Shown here piece after piece: positions 16,108-18,562 of a stretch of 18,562 nucleotides of DNA. Source of the DNA: Candidatus Iainarchaeum sp. (GTDB taxonomy: Archaea > B1Sed10-29 > WALL01); assembly GCA_021162685.1 (NCBI GenBank), contig JAGGYF010000001.1, forward strand, positions 1 to 18,562. Direction: 5' to 3'. Position 1 is the first letter of the stretch, and every line of letters begins with the position of its first letter. The notes beneath the pieces are model-generated. The model saw only the letters and a program-made list of their open reading frames with translations. It was not told the DNA's origin and searched no databases. Made by a program: the position numbers and the translations under genes.

Positions 16108-16968
16108 ATGGGGGCATTCAAGGCATACTTGCTGGGTTTGATTGCTGCATTCCTTTGGGGAACACACTCTGTGATTGTTAGATTTCTCTCCTCCTCACAA
16201 ATTTCGCTTGTTTCGGTTGCAATTGTAAGACTCTATGTAGGAGCCATTACAATCTTTTTTCTTCTAAAAATTACCAATAGGAAAGTAAATATGAGGAAGT
16301 GCACTCCTGGATTTTGGCTTGTTCTTCTAAGTTGGACAGCAAACATGGTCTTTTTTCATCTTGGGTTAGGCTTTACAACAGCTACTGCCACAATGCTCTT
16401 AGAGAGCACTTCAGCAATATTTGTCCTACTATTTGTTTTGATGATTGGAAGGAAATTGAAGAAGAGAGAAATTCTGGCAATACCATTGGGTTTTTGTGGG
16501 GCTTCGCTCGTCATCATGGGAGGGAGCATAGACCTACTTGGATCCTCAACACCATTAGGTTACCTTCTTGAGTTGCTCGCAGCGATCTCATTTGCTTTTT
16601 TTATATTTTTTAGTAAGAAGTACCTGACTAGTTCAAAAAAGACGTGGGATAGAATGGAATCTCTACTTAAGCTTTTCTTTTTTTCAGCATTGTTAATGAC
16701 GCCTGCCCTTTTTCTTTCCCCTATTTCACTAACATTTGTTGATATCGTGTTGTTGTTGACTCTCGGCATATTCCCTACTGCTGTATTATACTTGTGCTAC
16801 TACGAGGCTATGAATAAACTCTCTGCTATTTCTGCTGCTTTAATTTTTAACCTCTCCGTAGTATTCACTATGATTAATTCGTCTCTATTTTTATCAGAAA
16901 GGATTCAACCAACACTTATTGGCGGAGCGATGTTGATTGTTTTTGGTTTAATTTTGGCAAAAAGATGA
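16108..16968 (+). CDS. EamA/DMT-family transporter
   Basis: About 10 hydrophobic helices in two EamA-like halves (AAFLWG..., GLGFTTATATMLL, GYLLELLAAISFA, LFLSERIQPTLIGGAMLIVFG). TTTAAATA at 16079-16086. Confidence 0.9.
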   Translation: MGAFKAYLLGLIAAFLWGTHSVIVRFLSSSQISLVSVAIVRLYVGAITIFFLLKITNRKVNMRKCTPGFWLVLLSWTANMVFFHLGLGFTTATATMLLESTSAIFVLLFVLMIGRKLKKREILAIPLGFCGASLVIMGGSIDLLGSSTPLGYLLELLAAISFAFFIFFSKKYLTSSKKTWDRMESLLKLFFFSALLMTPALFLSPISLTFVDIVLLLTLGIFPTAVLYLCYYEAMNKLSAISAALIFNLSVVFTMINSSLFLSERIQPTLIGGAMLIVFGLILAKR

Positions 16969-17349
16969 TCATTCTTTTTCTCCGAATGTTTCGTTTACAT
17001 CACGAATAAGTCTGTCGCAATCAGCCTTGATTGCTTCAAGGTGTTTAATAATCCTTTTCTTCTCCTCTTGAACCTTATAGATTTTCTCATAAGGTTCTAT
17101 TGCTGCATCAAACATATACTTATCAATCATAGCATATGGGAACTTGTCCATACGTTTTGCAATGTCAATGCATATCTTCTCCAAAAAGAGGTTCATGGCT
17201 TTCTTTACCTCTGATTTTATCATCTTATCTGGCGAGAGGCCCTTCCTCATGGCTCTAACTACTTGGGCATTTGCAAAAGGCAACTTCTCAGATTCTAGCT
17301 CTTCATCATCCTTCTCCGGTACAGCCTCTTTCTCTTCTGGCATCTGCAT
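16969..17349 (-). CDS. Atypical histone-fold protein (CBFD/NF-YB/HMf-like) with acidic N-tail and C-terminal coiled coil
   Basis: LPFANAQVVRAMRK...MIKSEVKKAMNLFLEKICIDIAKRM resembles histone helix 1, loop 1 and helix 2. GAGGAG ribosome-binding site; the start could be 17349 or 17343. Confidence 0.7.
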   Translation of the reverse strand: MQMPEEKEAVPEKDDEELESEKLPFANAQVVRAMRKGLSPDKMIKSEVKKAMNLFLEKICIDIAKRMDKFPYAMIDKYMFDAAIEPYEKIYKVQEEKKRIIKHLEAIKADCDRLIRDVNETFGEKE

Positions 17350-17731
17350 CAACTCCTCTAAACCCTTTGCTAAAAAGAGGAATTGAGAGTATTTAAAGTT
17401 ATGTCTTTGAGGGCGAAGTTAACTTAGTCAGACTATACTTTCTCTTGTCTTTATGAATAAGAAGGAGATGAGCAGCAGCGTTGGCAGCTCAAGAAAGGAG
17501 GGAAAAAGAGGCAGATATACAAAGAGCTGGAGATAAGTAAGAAAGGGTTTGAAAAATTTAGGGAAGTGGGTAAAGGAGACTGCAAATGTCGGATAGTGTC
17601 GGTGGAAAACTAAAAGCATTTCAGTAGGGACCAGGGTACAGATATTTACGCTCTGTAAACTTGTTGTTTTTACTAATTTGCCTCAGAAACTTTTATAAAC
17701 CCCTAGTTGATCCTAAGATAGTGGTGAGTGT

Positions 17732-18115
17732 ATGAAGAAGTTGCTTCTTGTACTTGCAATACTTGCGATGAGTGTGCTAACCAGTGGTTGCATTGAAGGT
17801 GAATCAAATGGCTCAAAACATCCTGAATACGACCTATATGATTACCCCATGCCAGATGAGCAGATATCTTCATTGTGTGTCGACAATGATGTATGGGAAA
17901 GGATGTTTGACGGCAAGTACTATGTTTATCAAGTGTATCCTAGAGGGGTATTAGATGCAAACCATGACTATTACAACTCTAAAGGAGAACTAATATTAAG
18001 TTGTAACCTTTTCTGGAATCCTGATGATGAAGAGTGTAAGAATTTCGTAAAAAGACTTGACAACAAAAAGAGATTTGAAACATATAAATGCCAAGGTAAG
18101 GCTTTTATCTCCTAA
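17732..18115 (+). CDS. Putative lipoprotein (127 aa)
   Basis: MKKLLLVLAILAMSVLTSGC signal peptide with an archaeal-type lipobox (SGC). GGTGAG ribosome-binding site upstream. Confidence 0.8.
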   Translation: MKKLLLVLAILAMSVLTSGCIEGESNGSKHPEYDLYDYPMPDEQISSLCVDNDVWERMFDGKYYVYQVYPRGVLDANHDYYNSKGELILSCNLFWNPDDEECKNFVKRLDNKKRFETYKCQGKAFIS

Positions 18116-18562
18116 TGCCATCACTGAAACTACAGACACAGAAACCGCAGGATGAAGTGCGCTCCTGCAGAGGCAGGAGGGAATGGGTACATGACTATGG
18201 GAGTGTCAGAATGATAGCCGAACATCTTGGTCTCCAGGATATAAACGTAGAAGAGCTAACGAATTTGAGAGGGGCAAGTGTAGAATTCATAAAAGAGATA
18301 ACAGTAATGCCTGCACGAAAAACTCTAGCCATATCCTATTAAACAAGCTGGGGAAAAATGGAGAAGCATTAAAGGCGTGCAACCTTGCCTTGGAGATTAA
18401 CCCAGATAGCATATACAGACTATTAAACAAAGGTGCGATTCTTTTTAGGATGGGCAGACATGAAGAAGCACTAGAACATTTTAACAAGGTATTGGACATA
18501 AACCCGAAGGATATCAGGGCATTAATAAACAAGCGCGCAGTTCTTCTCAAGATGGGCAGGGA
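18115..18562 (+). pseudogene. Frameshifted TPR-repeat gene, running off the window
   Basis: A 75-aa ORF from 18115 stops at 18342. A different frame from about 18336 reads LLNKLGKNGEALKACNLALEINPDSIYRLLNKGAILFRMGRHEEALEHFNKVLDINPKDIRALINKRAVLLKMGR, which are clear TPRs, with no start codon between the in-frame stop at 18192-18194 and the first TPR helix. Confidence 0.6.

Overview
Compact archaeal chromosomal window. The evidence for this is BHB tRNA introns, TTTAAATA/TTTATAAA boxes about 22 nt before leaderless ATGs, a histone-fold gene and an archaeal lipobox; a DPANN-like origin is inferred but not proven. The first 7.1 kb encodes two very large orphan proteins built from many HTH/winged-helix modules with no catalytic domain I can recognise. 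The second (1424 aa) carries five tandem 93-96 aa wHTH repeats plus a sixth detached copy. These have a conserved scaffold, a variable predicted recognition helix and DNA-level mosaicism, making them the best candidate for an undescribed modular nucleic-acid-binding system. The remainder is mostly housekeeping: an LDH/MDH-family dehydrogenase with a non-canonical active-site loop, a GT4 glycosyltransferase, tRNA-Arg(UCU) with two introns directly downstream of argS, a single-OB-fold SSB, an orphan HicB-like gene missed by the ORF track, a CBS-pair protein, a dolichol/phytol-kinase-family membrane protein, a rare intron-containing tRNA-Ile(UAU), a membrane-anchored thioredoxin-fold protein, an EamA transporter, an atypical histone-fold protein, a lipoprotein and a frameshifted TPR gene at the right edge. 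All family calls were made by eye from motifs; no searches were run.
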